Source of the DNA: Yuukianura sp. NJ FZ-2021
Lineage: Eukaryota
Direction: 5' to 3'
Length of the DNA stretch: 64,000 nt
Assembly: GCA_046563655.1 (NCBI GenBank)
Contig: CM102285.1
Coordinates: 7,812,001 to 7,876,000 of the forward strand
Of the stretch, positions 1-12,160 are shown piece after piece. Position 1 is the stretch's first letter. Each line of letters starts with the position of its first letter. Made by a program: the position numbers and the translations under genes. The notes beneath the pieces were generated by a model, which made no database searches, was not told where the DNA came from, and worked only from the letters and a program-made list of their open reading frames with translations.

Positions 1-100
1 TTTTCCGAACGTAAGATTTTTCGAAATTCATTTTTTTTTTCAAATTCAAAATTTTCATTCATATTTTTCAAAAGTGTAATTTTTTGTTTGTTGACCTTAG

Positions 101-3100
101 GTCAACCGTCCAGCGAGAGAATCTTTTGAAAAACCAGTTGCAATCATCCCAGACAGAAATTACTGATTTGAAGGGACAACTGAGAGAAAAGGGAGCCGTT
201 GAAGAACAACGGAACAAGTTGCGGAGTCAAATCGAAGCGTTGTTTGGAATTGCCACTAAATTGGAACCATCGTGTCGTACACCACTGGAGTTTGACATTG
301 CATTTAGAACAACACAAGAACATCTAGTCCAACTACAACATGACAACTCCACTTTGAAACACAAGTAAGCTAAATTGTACTTCTTGGCTTCAAACTTTTA
401 ATTTCCCATTGTTTCAGAGTTCAAAATAATGATGAGAAAATGAAAACTTTGGAAATGGAGGTGAACAAAACTACGGAGTCTGTTCAAACGTTGGCCTCTG
501 AAAAAGAAAAACTGAGCTTAGATTTGACAAAACTCTCACGTCGATTGGCTATGATTGTTGAGGTAACTTATTACTTGAAGTATTTATTTCATTTATACTT
601 AATTAACTTAAACTAATAACTTAATAAATTATTAACTTAGTTAATTAATTGTGATTTGTCCAGGAGCGTGATTGGTTACAAAGACTGAAGACATCGTATG
701 AGAAGAACTTTGAAGAAAGTTCATCGGAGATTAATCCACGGCAAGTGCGGATTTCTGACGTGCAGACTCTTGTTTCACTTTACGAGGAAGCTCTGGCAGC
801 GAATGCTTCACTAAGAAATTCTTGTGAAGACTGTGAACGACATTCTGCAACTATCGAGAGGCTGCAGTCAGAGTTAGTTTTCCAAAAATTCAAAATTTTG
901 AAGTTTGCTCTAGAAATTATCCAAGTAGTGTTGCACGGTTCCGGTTCTTTGGCAAGAATCGAACCGGAACCGGAACCGGAACTGTCTCTCGGTTCCCAAA
1001 ATTTCGAAGAACCGAACCGGAGCCGGTCTGAGAGTTCCGTTCTTGGCTTGGGAATCGAACCGGAACCGGAACGAACCGAGAACTGCGGTTCTGGGAACCG
1101 GTCGATTTTAAAGGTATACTCCCTCCCGTAGCTTTCAAAAAAAGCCTTCCAGATCATGCGGCGTAATAGTTTCGTCAATGAAACCCGTTTGATTAACGTC
1201 GAACAATTAAATTGTGACTTATAATTAGGGGTCCGAATCCGGAGAGAGTTTCTTAAAATCCGGATTTCGGATTTCGGCGGATTTCAAAATTGAAATCCGG
1301 ATTCGAATCCGGATTTCCAGAAAAAATTTTTTACAGAGTTATCAAAAGCAAAACGCGTGTTTTTAATAACCGTATTCATATATTTACGAACAAACATGCA
1401 GCGCGTGATACCGTCTGGTCATGATTCCATGTGAAATGGCCAAAACAACTTGGCGAAAAGTGAAATGGTCAGAGGTGAAAAGGCCAGAATTGAAATGGCC
1501 AAAAAATGAAAAGGTCAAAATGTAAAAACGCCAAAAAGAAAATGGCCAAAAAATAGAAAGGCCAAAAAGTGAAAAGGTCAAAATAAGTCAAGGCCAAAAA
1601 GTAAAAAGACCAGAATTAAGGAAGAAAACTACTTTCAGTGGGTAACTCAATTCTTCTTCAATTCAATTCAATTTTCTTCAATTTTTAAATACAAATATGA
1701 CCCCCTGCCGCGAAAATACATTTTCTTCTGCCTTAAATATTTCGAATTTTTAGAAGACGTAGAAAATGAGAAATACTTCATGTTAACTTTTTCTAAACAA
1801 ACAAATCCCATTTTTTGAAGGTTAAAAAAACCTAATCTAAACGCTATAACAAAATTGTTTAAGCACTTAAAAACGTAACCTAACCTAACAAAATATAAGT
1901 TGAACCCAGTATTACCCTAGTATTGTACCTAGTATAGTAGTGAACCCTAGTATTCTATTTACCTTGAGTTGAACCTATTTTGAGAAAAAATTAGCGAGAG
2001 TCCTTATGGCGAAATTTCAATTTTCATAATTTTCTACAATTCGAAATTGTTGAGAGCGGGTCAAAAATATATTTTTTTTTACATGATTAAGGGGTCATAT
2101 TTGTAAATAAAAATAAAAAATGAAGAAAATCCGAGTTACCCACTGAAAGTAATTTTTTCCCCTGAATTTTGGTCTTTTCAGTTTTTGGCATTTCCTTAGT
2201 TTGGCACATTTCTTCCAGTGGAAGTGGCAATTTAACTAATGTACGTTTAAGCATTCAGCAACACTGCTCTTCTCACCACCTGTGTTACGCCTGTTTATGC
2301 GAAAATATACTTCATATTACAAACACAGTTTAAAAAAGTTTTCGCGCTCATCCTAGAAGCCTTTCTCAAAGCTTTCGAAATCCGGATTTCAACATTTCAG
2401 AATCCGTATTTCGGATAATCCGAATCCGTCAAAAATCCGGATTTGAATCCGGAGCCAAAATCCGGATTCCGACCCCTACTTATAATATACAACTTATGTG
2501 ATTATTGAAACATAATACATTGCATTACGCAATTATACTAAATATATAATAGCATGTTGTAATTGTAATATAATATATAAGTTTCAATTGAAATTATATA
2601 TATTATATGATATAATATATATAGTTTCAATATGACTGCAGCTATATTGATTGGCGCTCTATTGAAAAATATATACAATCGCAAAATGCTACTACTTTAT
2701 ATTGTGCGTGAAACACGTGAAACTGCACCATCCCATACTATTCTATAACCATATTCAGGTATATCTGGTTCCCGGCTCCTTGAGTTGGAATGAACCGGAA
2801 CCGGAACCGTGACGGTTCCCGGTTCCCACTTTAAAAGAGAACCGAACCGGAACCGTCAAGCCAGTTTGGTTCTTGAGAGGGAACCGAACCGGGAACCACG
2901 GTTCCGGAACCGTTGGGAACCGAGAACCGTGCAACAATCCAAGTGCAACGTTGTAAATTAGGTTAGAGAATTGCAGAATAGAATCAACCGTGAACCAAAC
3001 CTGTCGACCAAACACTGACGACTCTTTAGCTTCCGGAGAAAGTTCGTCTTTGCTGGAACTGGAGTCGAAATTGAAGGAATGCCTAGCTGAAAACCAATCG

Positions 3101-3653
3101 TTGACGGAGAGATGCCGTAATCACACTACAGGTACTAATAACACTCCCACCATACTCTAATTCAACAAAAACTGTGGATTTCATCTGAGGAAAAAACCCA
3201 TTTTTTTGAAACTCAGTGACAACTAACATTTTATCTTTTAACATTTTTAGAACTTGATGAGGTGAAATCACGCCTGCAACGTTGCCAACTCCTGAAAGAG
3301 AAGTATCATGACACTCGTACTCAGCTGCAAAACGCTTGTAGTCAATTGTTCGGTTACCACATTGTTGTGAACGAAACCCATGAAAATCATAATGTCTTCC
3401 AACTTACACACATCTACTCACCACACGAAACTTTTAGTTTCCAGGTTTGTTTGTCAACGTTTCCAAAATGACTTTTGAATTGTCAATTTTGAATGTTTCG
3501 ATTTTTCATCTTTAGGAAAGAAAGAATGGTGAGATGTGGCTGATGGACGCTCCACAACATTTTCAAGGCTACATTCCCCACTTTCCGCAACGACAGCCTC
3601 GCTCTGTCCCAGGTTTCTTAGCTGCCGTGACAAACTCGTACCTCCAGGGCTAA
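101..3653 (+). CDS. MAD1-like coiled-coil protein (divergent; 5' part lies outside the window)
   Basis: GT-AG exons 101-364, 418-562, 664-872, 2962-3131, 3251-3444, 3516-3653 join in frame. LSRRLAMIVEERDWLQRLKTSYE and the C-terminal LQNACSQLFGYHI...FQLTHIYS...SVPGFLAAVT match the MAD1 coiled coil and RWD-like CTD. Confidence 0.8.
1226..2478. mobile_element. Non-autonomous hAT-like element (middle layer)
   Basis: 18-bp TIR TAGGGGTCCGAATCCGGA / TCCGGATTCCGACCCCTA (1 mismatch); perfect 8-bp TSD CTTATAAT at 1218-1225 and 2479-2486; AATCCGGATT subterminal repeats. Confidence 0.92.
1425..2215. mobile_element. Long-inverted-repeat (foldback/Mutator-like) MITE remnant, inner layer; ends approximate
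   Basis: ACTTTCAGTGGGTAACTC (1631-1648) is the reverse complement of 2133-2150. TACAAATATGACCCC (about 1690) pairs with about 2091-2105. Tandem AAAAGGCCAAAA units at 1430-1615. Confidence 0.65.
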
Positions 3654-4004
3654 ATTGTCCATAATTCGAGAAACCAGAACCACTATTACCCATGTGGGTG
3701 GAAGTGATATGACATAAACAATTACTAATTATAATATTGTTAGATACATCTAATCATTAGATATAAATATGTAGAGACCTTGTTTATTTGACCTAAATCC
3801 AGACCGTGTTTCTGGTGGAAAGTAAAAGGCAAGTTTGTGCAGGGAAAGTTCTGTAGGAATGTTCCAAATTTCAGTCACTTCACGTTCACGCAACTCTACA
3901 AACATTTCATCCACACTCAGTGATTTGAAAAATTCAAATCAGTGATTTGAAAATAACTCGGAAACGAAAAGGAAACAATAGTGAATAATAACGTTAAAAA
4001 TGTA

Positions 4005-6907
4005 ATGGGAAAAACAAACGCGCCATTCGTCTCACCCTGCCCAAGTTCAACATCAACACAAGGGAGGAGGAAAAACAAATCTGAAATAGAAATGCTTGAT
4101 AACGAAAACAAAACAAAGGAATTCAATGTTGAACCGAACGTTGAAGGAAGTTGTATTAATTAATTTGTTTATTGTATAATTTGTTTAAGTTGTATAATTT
4201 GTTTGTCTTCCCAATTACCAGCTTCCTTTTAAAAGTACTGAAACCTACTGAGAATTTTGTCAAAAATTTTGAAGATATTATTTCTGATTACATTTGGGAA
4301 AGAAAAAGAAATTGGATTAAAAAACCTTTCATTTATTTACCGAAGTCTTTTGGTGGACTTGGGATAAAACACCCCAAACTACAGAACTATATATTTCAAA
4401 TTCGACACTTAATAGATGCAACTCAAATCACTGAAAATCATTATTATTTGAAAGAATCTAAGAATGATGCCTTTAAAATCTTGTTTGAAAACTCGTATCG
4501 AGAAGACTACTTCTCTGAACTTTGTACAGTGATTCAGAAAATCAAATTAAACTTCGAAGAACTACCAAAAAATTTTCTAAGTAAAATTTGTATACAAAAT
4601 AGATCTATTTTTACGAGACAATTTAAAATACTTGAATCCTTCGGAGTCAAGTCAATTGATGAGATTTCCACAATTAAGGAATTGACTATTCCTATTTTTC
4701 GCAAACGAACATTTGAATCCGAAATTAAAACATTTGAGGAAGACTTAAAGTCATTTAAAGAGAACTTATCAAAAAAATGTGAAAAGGTAAAGTTGAAAGC
4801 TGTGAACCCTATCTTTGAAGTCTATGTTTCGTTCAGTAACACAAACGAATATTTGACAACGTTCTTCTCACTATTCCAATACGAGAAATTTTCAATAACT
4901 GACAAACAAAAATTAAAATCTAAGAAGTGGGAAAGACTTAAAAATGAGTTACTTCCTGTCCATATCAAATCCCTAATTTGGAGATTTTGGCATAACGCCA
5001 TTATCTCTTTTGACATCGCCAAAAATATGGGTTTAATATCGGATGGTTGTTGCCCATACTGCCACCAATCCAAGACTACTTCTTCACACTTAGTCTTATG
5101 CAAGTCAACGAAACAATTGTGGGAATATGTTCATTTATTATTGCAAAAATCAAATTCAAAAGATCAGATATACGATAAGACTTTTGGTTGTAAGAATGAT
5201 TTCGCGAACTATCTTATTTTTTGTGCAATAAGTATTTTATACAATAGATTTATTTACAATATTAACTCTGGTAAAACAGATTTTGATATTTTAGGCAAAT
5301 ATAAGCAATTCTTATTCCAAGCAATTTATCTAAGTTTCCATAGTCATAGAAGTAAAAATGATTTAGCAGCATTTAGAAGCCTTTGGTCTGACGCAAAATT
5401 TATAGTAATTAATCAAAATACTGTTGAGATTAAGTTATAAATTTATTTAATTTTCTTTATTCTAGTAATCGAAATTATTTATCTTAAGTAAATCCAATCC
5501 CATTTTCAAAAGTTTGAATTGAATAAATTGATTTAGTCTTAAAAAAAAAAAATGTATTAATTAAACTAATTACGTTAATCGATTAATCTAGTAGTATAAA
5601 GTTTGTTTGCTGTTTCATGTTAAGTTCATTAAAAGATAAGTAATAGCCAAACTTAATCTAATTACAAAGATTACCCACTTACCGTTTTGTTCTTTATTCC
5701 GGAAACACAAGTTTGGTAAGTTATAAAATCAGATGTTCGTTAAATTCTTGAATTTCGTTTGATTTATACCGTACATAAGTTACATTGTTTATTTTTACGT
5801 TTGAAGGTGGTTAATTCAGAGTTATGGAGGGTCATTCCAGGTAATCACAAATCGAAACCTCCCTGTCTCCAACGTCCGCTCCAGGAGGAATTCCGTCCGC
5901 TCCAGGAGGAATTCCGTCCATTCCAGCAACTAGCCAAGATACAACTGCAGACGATCCTCAAATGAACATCGAGTTTGATGAGGCATTATATTTTGTCACT
6001 GAAGACGAATCCATTGTGCACTTCTCACCTCCCTCGATCAGGGCTTCCATTGGAAAGAAGCGACGTCAGACGGTAAGAACTCAATTGATAATCGTGTTCA
6101 GAATTTTGTCAAGAAAAATTACTATTCTTTTCAGGCCGACAGCATGTAACAGCAACCGTTGAAACTGCAGCGTAATGATGCTGATGGTGCACCAGATGTC
6201 CAAACTCAAATTATGTACCAGTCGAACAAAATCTTCAATCTGGAAATAACAGTTTACGAGCTTCAGAAGGAAAACCAAGAGCTCCATGTCAAGTTAACGG
6301 AACAATCCACAGCCGAGGAGAACTCTGCTTTGCAATTGCACCAAAGAAACGATCTCGAAGCTGCACGCGAAGCCCGACGAAATTCGCGTTACGATTTGGT
6401 CAAGGTGAAAAGAAAGGTTCGCAGCTTGGAGAATCTTTATGTGTCGGAGCAAATCAACTGTCAGAATTCGGCCAAAGACTGCCGAAACTTCAAGAAAGAA
6501 AATGAAATCCTGAAGTAAGATTCTTCGAAATTCATTAATTTTTCACAAAAGTAATTTTTTTTGCCCTTAGGTCAACTGTCCAGCGAGAGCATCTTTTGGA
6601 AGAGCAGTTGCTGCCATCGAAGACAGAAATTTCTGGTTTGAAACACATGTAAGCTAAAAAGTCCCTTGTCGTTTCAAAACTTTAATTTTCAAAAATTGTC
6701 CCTTTTTCATAACTTTTGTTTTAGGATTGAAAATTATGAGAAGATCAAAACGTTAGAAATGGAGGTGACGGGAGCTAAGGCATCTTTACATGCCTCGGCC
6801 TCTGGCAAAGCACAAGTACAAGTAGCTGGACTACAGCAACTAAAACAGGAAAACTCCAATTTGAAGCAGACGTTAGCTACTACTCTAGGATTTAATCTGC
6901 TGGAGTC
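4005..6907 (+). pseudogene. Decayed tandem paralog of the MAD1-like gene (N-terminal half only)
   Basis: 6515-6770 is homologous to 11-470, including intron positions. In-frame TAA at 5842 and 6147; a 186-bp exonic deletion; truncated at the MITE at 6908. Assigning exon 1 to 4005-4152 is tentative. Confidence 0.7.
4164..5552 (+). mobile_element. 5'-truncated non-LTR retrotransposon (L1/Tx1-like), 3' part of ORF2
   Basis: ORF 4172-5440 has YIW...LPKSFGGLG (post-RT) and a zf-RVT-like KSLIWRFWH...CPYC...SHLVLC...LW. AATAAA at 5522, poly(A) at 5541-5552, 12-bp TSD TGTATTAATTAA at 4152-4163 and 5553-5564. Confidence 0.93.
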
Positions 6908-7350
6908 TACTGTTCCTCCCAAGCTATAATGGGACTCTGGAATTGAGGAATATGGTGGTTTTCAAGTACACGAACAACCAAATCGACGATTCCTTAAATA
7001 AAACCATTTTTTTCATTCAGCATGATTCATACATATACTACATCAACATTTTGAACATTTTTCAAAATTGTGAACATTTTTCAAAATTTTGAACATTTTT
7101 CAAAATTTTGAACTTTTTCCAAAATTTTGAACATTTTTCAAAATTTTGAACTTTTTCCAAAATTTTGAACATTTTTCAAAATTTTGAATTTTTTCAAAAC
7201 TTTGAATATGTTGATGTAGTACATGTATGAATCTTGCTGAATGAAAAAAATGTGTTTTATTTAAGGAATCGTCGATTTGGTTTTTCGTGTACTCGAAAAC
7301 CACCATATTCCTCAACTCCAGAGTCCCATTATAGCTTGGGAGGAACAGTA
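6908..7350. mobile_element. Palindromic MITE with TA flanks (Tc1/mariner-like)
   Basis: About 140-bp near-perfect inverted arms TACTGTTCCTCCCAAGCTATAATGGGACTCTGG / CCAGAGTCCCATTATAGCTTGGGAGGAACAGTA. The centre is an array of about 21-bp TTTTGAACATTTTTCAAAA units. Confidence 0.88.
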
Positions 7351-7382
7351 TAGGAGTTGATTTTGTGAAAATGTGCAAAATT

Positions 7383-8436
7383 AATAAACCGGTTGTAAAC
7401 CGCGCATACTAATAATAGCTCAGAAATAAGGGGCTGCCCCAGGGGGAATGGGGGTGTTCCCCCCACTTCCCCCCCCCCAGGCGAAGTGGGGGTGTTTCGC
7501 CCACTTTCCCGCCCCCGCCCCAGGGGGAGTGGGGGTGTTCCGCCCACTTTTCCGCCCCACCCCAGGGGGAGTGGGGGTGTTCCCTCCAATTTCCCGCCGC
7601 CCAGGGGGAGTGGAGGTGTTCCCCGCACTTTTTTGCTCCGCAACCCAGGGAGCGCAAGGGTGTGTTCCCCCCAATTTCACGCCCCCTAGGGGGGTGGGGG
7701 TGTTCCCCGCACTTTTTCGATCCGCACCCCAGGGAGCGCGGGGGTATGTTTTCACTCCTCCGGGGGGAGTGGGGATGTGTTCCCCACTGACAGGTGACAC
7801 GTGACAGGTGACACGTGACTGGTGACACGTGGCAGGTGACACGTGACAGGTGAGAGGTGACAGGTGAGAGGTGACACGTGACACGTGGCAGGTGACACGT
7901 GGCAGGTTACACTTGAGACGTGAGAGGTGACACGCGGTCAGCGATAAGTGACAGGTGACACCCGGGAAGTGAAAGGTGACACCCGGCAAGGTGACAGGTG
8001 ACACCCAGCAAGTGACAGGTGACACCCAGCAAGTGACAGGTGACACCCAGCAAGTGACAGGTGACACCCAGCAAGTGACAGGTGACATGTGACACCCAGC
8101 AAGTGACAGGTGACATGTGACACCCAGCAAGTGACAGGTGACAGGTGATTATGTTGGTCAACTGGGTCAGAGGTGACAGGTGAAGTGACAGGAGTGACAT
8201 GTGAAGCGTGAGAGGTGAGTGTGTGGTTCAACTGTGTAATTGATTTTTTGCTAAGCAGGGAACCAAGTGCCATACCAATTGCCTTTCTAGTCTCACAAGC
8301 AGAGTTTTTTATACCTACACTTGCATTACAAATGATCTTTAAAATCGATTTTGACCGGGAAGCAGGTGACATAGGGTCACACATTACACACAAAAGTTGT
8401 TGCTCTCGATGAGATGAACAACTTTTGTTGAGGTTA
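7383..8436 (-). mobile_element. HINE/DINE-1-like non-autonomous Helentron, 3' half (segment B)
   Basis: On the minus strand it ends in subTIR GCTATTAT plus stem-loop CGGTTTACAACCG and TT. It has the 7-bp GTGACAG array and G/C-rich repeats, and is collinear with the complete copy at 21138-22225. Confidence 0.85.
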
Positions 8437-9045
8437 TTATAATAGCGAAGCTATTATGATAAAAGTGGTTTGTCTGTCCGTCCGTCCGTCCGTCCGTCTG
8501 TCTGTCTGGATTAATTATCTCAGAAACTACTGGTCCGATTTGATTCCGGTTTTCACCAGTGACCATGTCATGACCCAGGCTTAGTCACTATTGAATATGA
8601 CCCCCGGGTGTCAACTCCTTCCGGGTCAAAGGTCAAGGTCAACCGGTTTTATTCCCGGTAACATGGAAAATGACCTCTACAAAAGTTGTTCATCTCATTG
8701 AGACTAACAACTTTTGTGGGTAATGTGTGACCCTAGGTCACCTCCTTCCGGGTCAAAATCGATTTCAAAGGTCATTTGTAATGCAAGTGTGGGTACAAAA
8801 AACTCTGCTTGTGAGACTGGAAATGCAATTGGCATGGGAGTTGGTTCTCTGCTTAGCAAAAAATCTATTACGCAGTTCACATATACACTTTACACACGTG
8901 CACTGTGTCCACCGGGTGTCACCTGGTTAGGTTAGGTGCGGAGCAAAAAGCGGGTGAACACCACCACTCCCTCTGGAGGCGGGAAATTGGAGGAAACTCC
9001 CCCTGGGGAGAAGCGGGAATGTGGGGAGAAAACACCGCCTCTCCC
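8437..9045 (+). mobile_element. HINE, 5' part lacking the 3' terminator (segment A)
   Basis: Starts TTATAATAGCGAAGCTATTAT (subTIR plus hairpin), followed by a GTCY microsatellite. It runs directly into IR-like coding sequence at about 9046 with no 3' stem-loop. Confidence 0.85.
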
Positions 9046-11470
9046 CCAGGAGAGTCGCTCGAGTAAATTTTCCGGTAAGTTTTGAATTGCCAGAAATTTT
9101 TCCACTTTTTTCTGGACTTTGTATTTGTCTTTGAATGACATTTGGGGACCATACAAGATGAACCGAAACAGTCCGGAATGTATGAGAGACTCGAACTGCC
9201 TCTGGATCTGCCCTGAGCGGTCAAAGGTCATTGGCCTCATGATCCAAAACACATTGTGTGAAAAGTACTAAATACAAAAAAGTTTTTGCTAAGCCCATTT
9301 CATCGTATTGTGATGAAACGAAGTCAGCGACCTCCAAGGATCACATAATTTGAATAATCATTCTCAAAAATAGATTCTTTTGTCTTTTGTGCAAAAGTAG
9401 ACTTTTGCACACAAACATGTAAATAATTAGAACTAGTTCGTTCATTGACCTATTCTGTTAAACTTAGACTTTACTTGACAAATATGATAATTAGGAGTAA
9501 CTTGTAACTCCTGTGGTTTCCGGCTGGGGCCCTATAAAAGGACCCAGCCCTGCCTGTACAAACATTCATTACACTTCTTCCTTCTGCTCTGCTTGGAGCA
9601 GGAGACTTTACTACTCGCCAGGTTGACCTCTGCGAGGTCAAACTGGATTCATTTTCAAAGTCACTTTTGAATAAAAATTCTAATTCTTACCTTCCACCAA
9701 GGAAGGTCAACAAAACTTGTAGTGTGTTCTTTTTCTTTTAGGCCTAAAAGGCCTTTTTCACTACAGTATATGTAAATTTTGTTGTCACACTTGACAATTT
9801 CTCGCAGAAGTTCGTTCGGTTTCGTTCTATTTTTTACCAAAATAATTGTAATACTTTCTATCAACTTTGGAAATATTTCATTTAGAAGACTTAAATTATA
9901 TGGGTAGAATGCGCGGGCGTGACGAACGACTCCTTTGAAAAAACCAGTTCCTTGTACTAGCTTTTTAAACGACGAAGAATTATACGCCACTCGCTCAGTG
10001 TACGTCAACTGCTCAACTTCCCGCAAGTCGAGTGCTGGACCTCCCACCCTTTCATACGGAATTGCGACTTTAAATTTTCGCTCCAAAGCGTCATTAACTG
10101 ATTCCAGCTTAGTGCTTGGTAATGGCGCGGTTAAGTCTGCTCTTACCTCACCACGATACAAATTTGACAATAAAACTAAGAATATAGCCAGTGTAGCCAA
10201 GAAAAATTTGAGACAATAAATTTTGTTCAACGTAAAAGAAAGGTCAATGTTTTGTTCAAATAGCAATCGAATCACAAAAAAGACGTAGTTATCTGAAGAA
10301 CGTTTCTAAAGAACTAGCGCAAACACAAAATAAACAGTAGCTATAAGTAAGGCCAAAAGACAAATCCAGAGGTCAAAGTTAAACGGTTTTGTGAACGATA
10401 CTAAACTAATAAATTTTTCAGCACCAGCGCAAGTAATAAATTTAACCTCAATACTCTTATACTAGTACGTGTAAAGGTATGGTGGCCTGTGTTGTGTTGC
10501 CTTACTATACATAGTACTATAAATTAATGGGAACGTTGCAGGGTAAACTACCAAACGCATTTCATGTTCTTCAAGAAAAGACGCCTCCTTTGCGTATTCG
10601 CGCGCAAATTTTATGACGTTCAGACCCAAATTAGAATTTAATGATGTTGAAGCTGATTTGTTGAGATGCTGGGTTACGCTTTTTAAAATATTGAAGTAAA
10701 GGGGGTTAGGTACATGAGGACCTTCTACTTGCTCATTCCCTCCGGTTGAAACGAAGTAACCTCGCACTCCGAGTTTACGGAATGCCCATACCATGGGACA
10801 CGCGTGTAGTAGAATTTTTGTCAGTTCAGGATCGAGTAGTGACCGAAAAGGGATTTGCACAACATTTGTATCTATATTGCTAGTGTGTAGAGCATAGGTA
10901 TTGCACGGGGCTGGGGAAATTGTTGTCACGTCGATAATATTGTTCCAAATGCGGTACACAATTACAGGTACCAAAAGGTGCCTGCATTGTTCATCACAGT
11001 TGTGAAGGTACTGCTGGTCTTTTGCCGCAATTTCGTCAGAGTATAGCCATACAAAATAAGTGTTTCGGCCGAAACAGGTTGGTCTGGTTGTTGTGTCGTA
11101 AAAGTCGCACTTCACTAGCCAGTTGAATCGAGACGGTAGTAGACATAACTCAACAGTAGAGAGTTCGTGAACAAAATTTAAAACTATTGCGCATATGTAA
11201 TTTTTTACCAAGTTACTAATTTGTAAAGAGGTAAAGGTAGAGTAAATTTGGGTTTCATTTTGCGGTAGCTGAATCGGTAACTAGCTGAATCGGTTGATTT
11301 GAAAAGTATTTCAATTCAATGCTGTCTGTAGCCTGTGATACTACGAATACATGGCAGTAGTGGTATCCAAGGCTTTCAAATTTAGTTGTCTGTCCAAAAT
11401 GGTCGGAAATTGTGGAGATAATATTTGCAAAATTTATGAAAATTTTGAAAAGTTGGTAGACCGACGTCAT
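9046..11470 (-). pseudogene. Divergent ionotropic receptor (IR)-like pseudogene
   Basis: Intronless paralog of 12161-14262 with KPFNFDLW and LSNLYRGEVRADLTAP. Disrupted by a frameshift (about 11260), a stop at 10462 and another near 10307, a solo LTR, and loss of the last TM. Confidence 0.8.
9309..9765 (+). mobile_element. Solo LTR (457 bp), probably Ty3/Gypsy-type
   Basis: TGTGATGAAA...TTTCACTACA termini; 4-bp TSD GTAT (9305-9308, 9766-9769); TATAAAA at about 9533 and AATAAA at 9670. IR homology resumes on both sides. Confidence 0.88.
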
Positions 11471-12160
11471 TTTATTGGTTTTATAGACAATTCGTCCTAC
11501 CTCACTGTCACTACCACACAACGAAAAAATTCATCTGTAGCAACAGAAGAAACTACCTTTGGTTGAAATTTCGCATTTGAATTTGCAGTTAGTATCATGT
11601 AACATGTACTATGTACTAGAATTTCAAGGCATCATTATTTCTCAACTTTGGATTAGCGCCTAAGTTTGGCCTTCAACTTTTTCTGTTATTAAGTAGCGAA
11701 AGTAGTTACTTCTTAAACTATTGGTTTTAGTCATAACTGCATACAGACAAGTACCGCTAAAGTATACTATTATATCTTACATCGATGCAAATTGTTTTCA
11801 ATTCTATGTGTTTTAGTATAGCCAGTGGTTAGATGCAACTGAATGTTGCATTTTGTCAACTGTTGAGAACTCTGTAATTTCAAACCACGCATATTATTCA
11901 AACGAATAATTTGGTTTTCCATTTCTTTACTCTTTACTTTAGTATGGTAGCTTAAATGCTGCCTAACGTAAACTATTACCTCCTGTTCTATTTTAGGAAA
12001 AAAATGTAAATTCCGCTTTTACTTTATTAACCTCCAATGTCCAAATTCCGCACACTAAGCTAACAGCATTAATTTATATTGGTTTGGTTTAAATTGCTTA
12101 ACCTAACTTAACATATTTAACTTAATTCACTTGTTATTTAACCTATAGTAGAAATAACAG

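Larger units (their letters stand above)
926..2936. mobile_element. Non-autonomous hAT-like element (outer layer of nest) in MAD1-like intron
   Basis: Termini TAGTGTTGCACGGTTC / GAACCGTGCAACA (right end clipped); many GAACCG subterminal repeats at both ends; flanking direct repeat ATCCAAG(T). Confidence 0.8.

Noticed and set aside
873..1178. EPEPEP-containing ORF extensions
   Set aside because: Read-through from a real exon into GAACCG subterminal repeats of a MITE.
7790..8210. Regular repeats as a possible CRISPR array
   Set aside because: Tandem units with no unique spacers, no cas genes, and a eukaryotic context.
7329..8393. Long overlapping ORFs rich in VTCH/SPVT/PPG (also 20472-21763)
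   Set aside because: They are translations of stop-free 7-bp and G/C-rich arrays inside HINEs, open in several frames.
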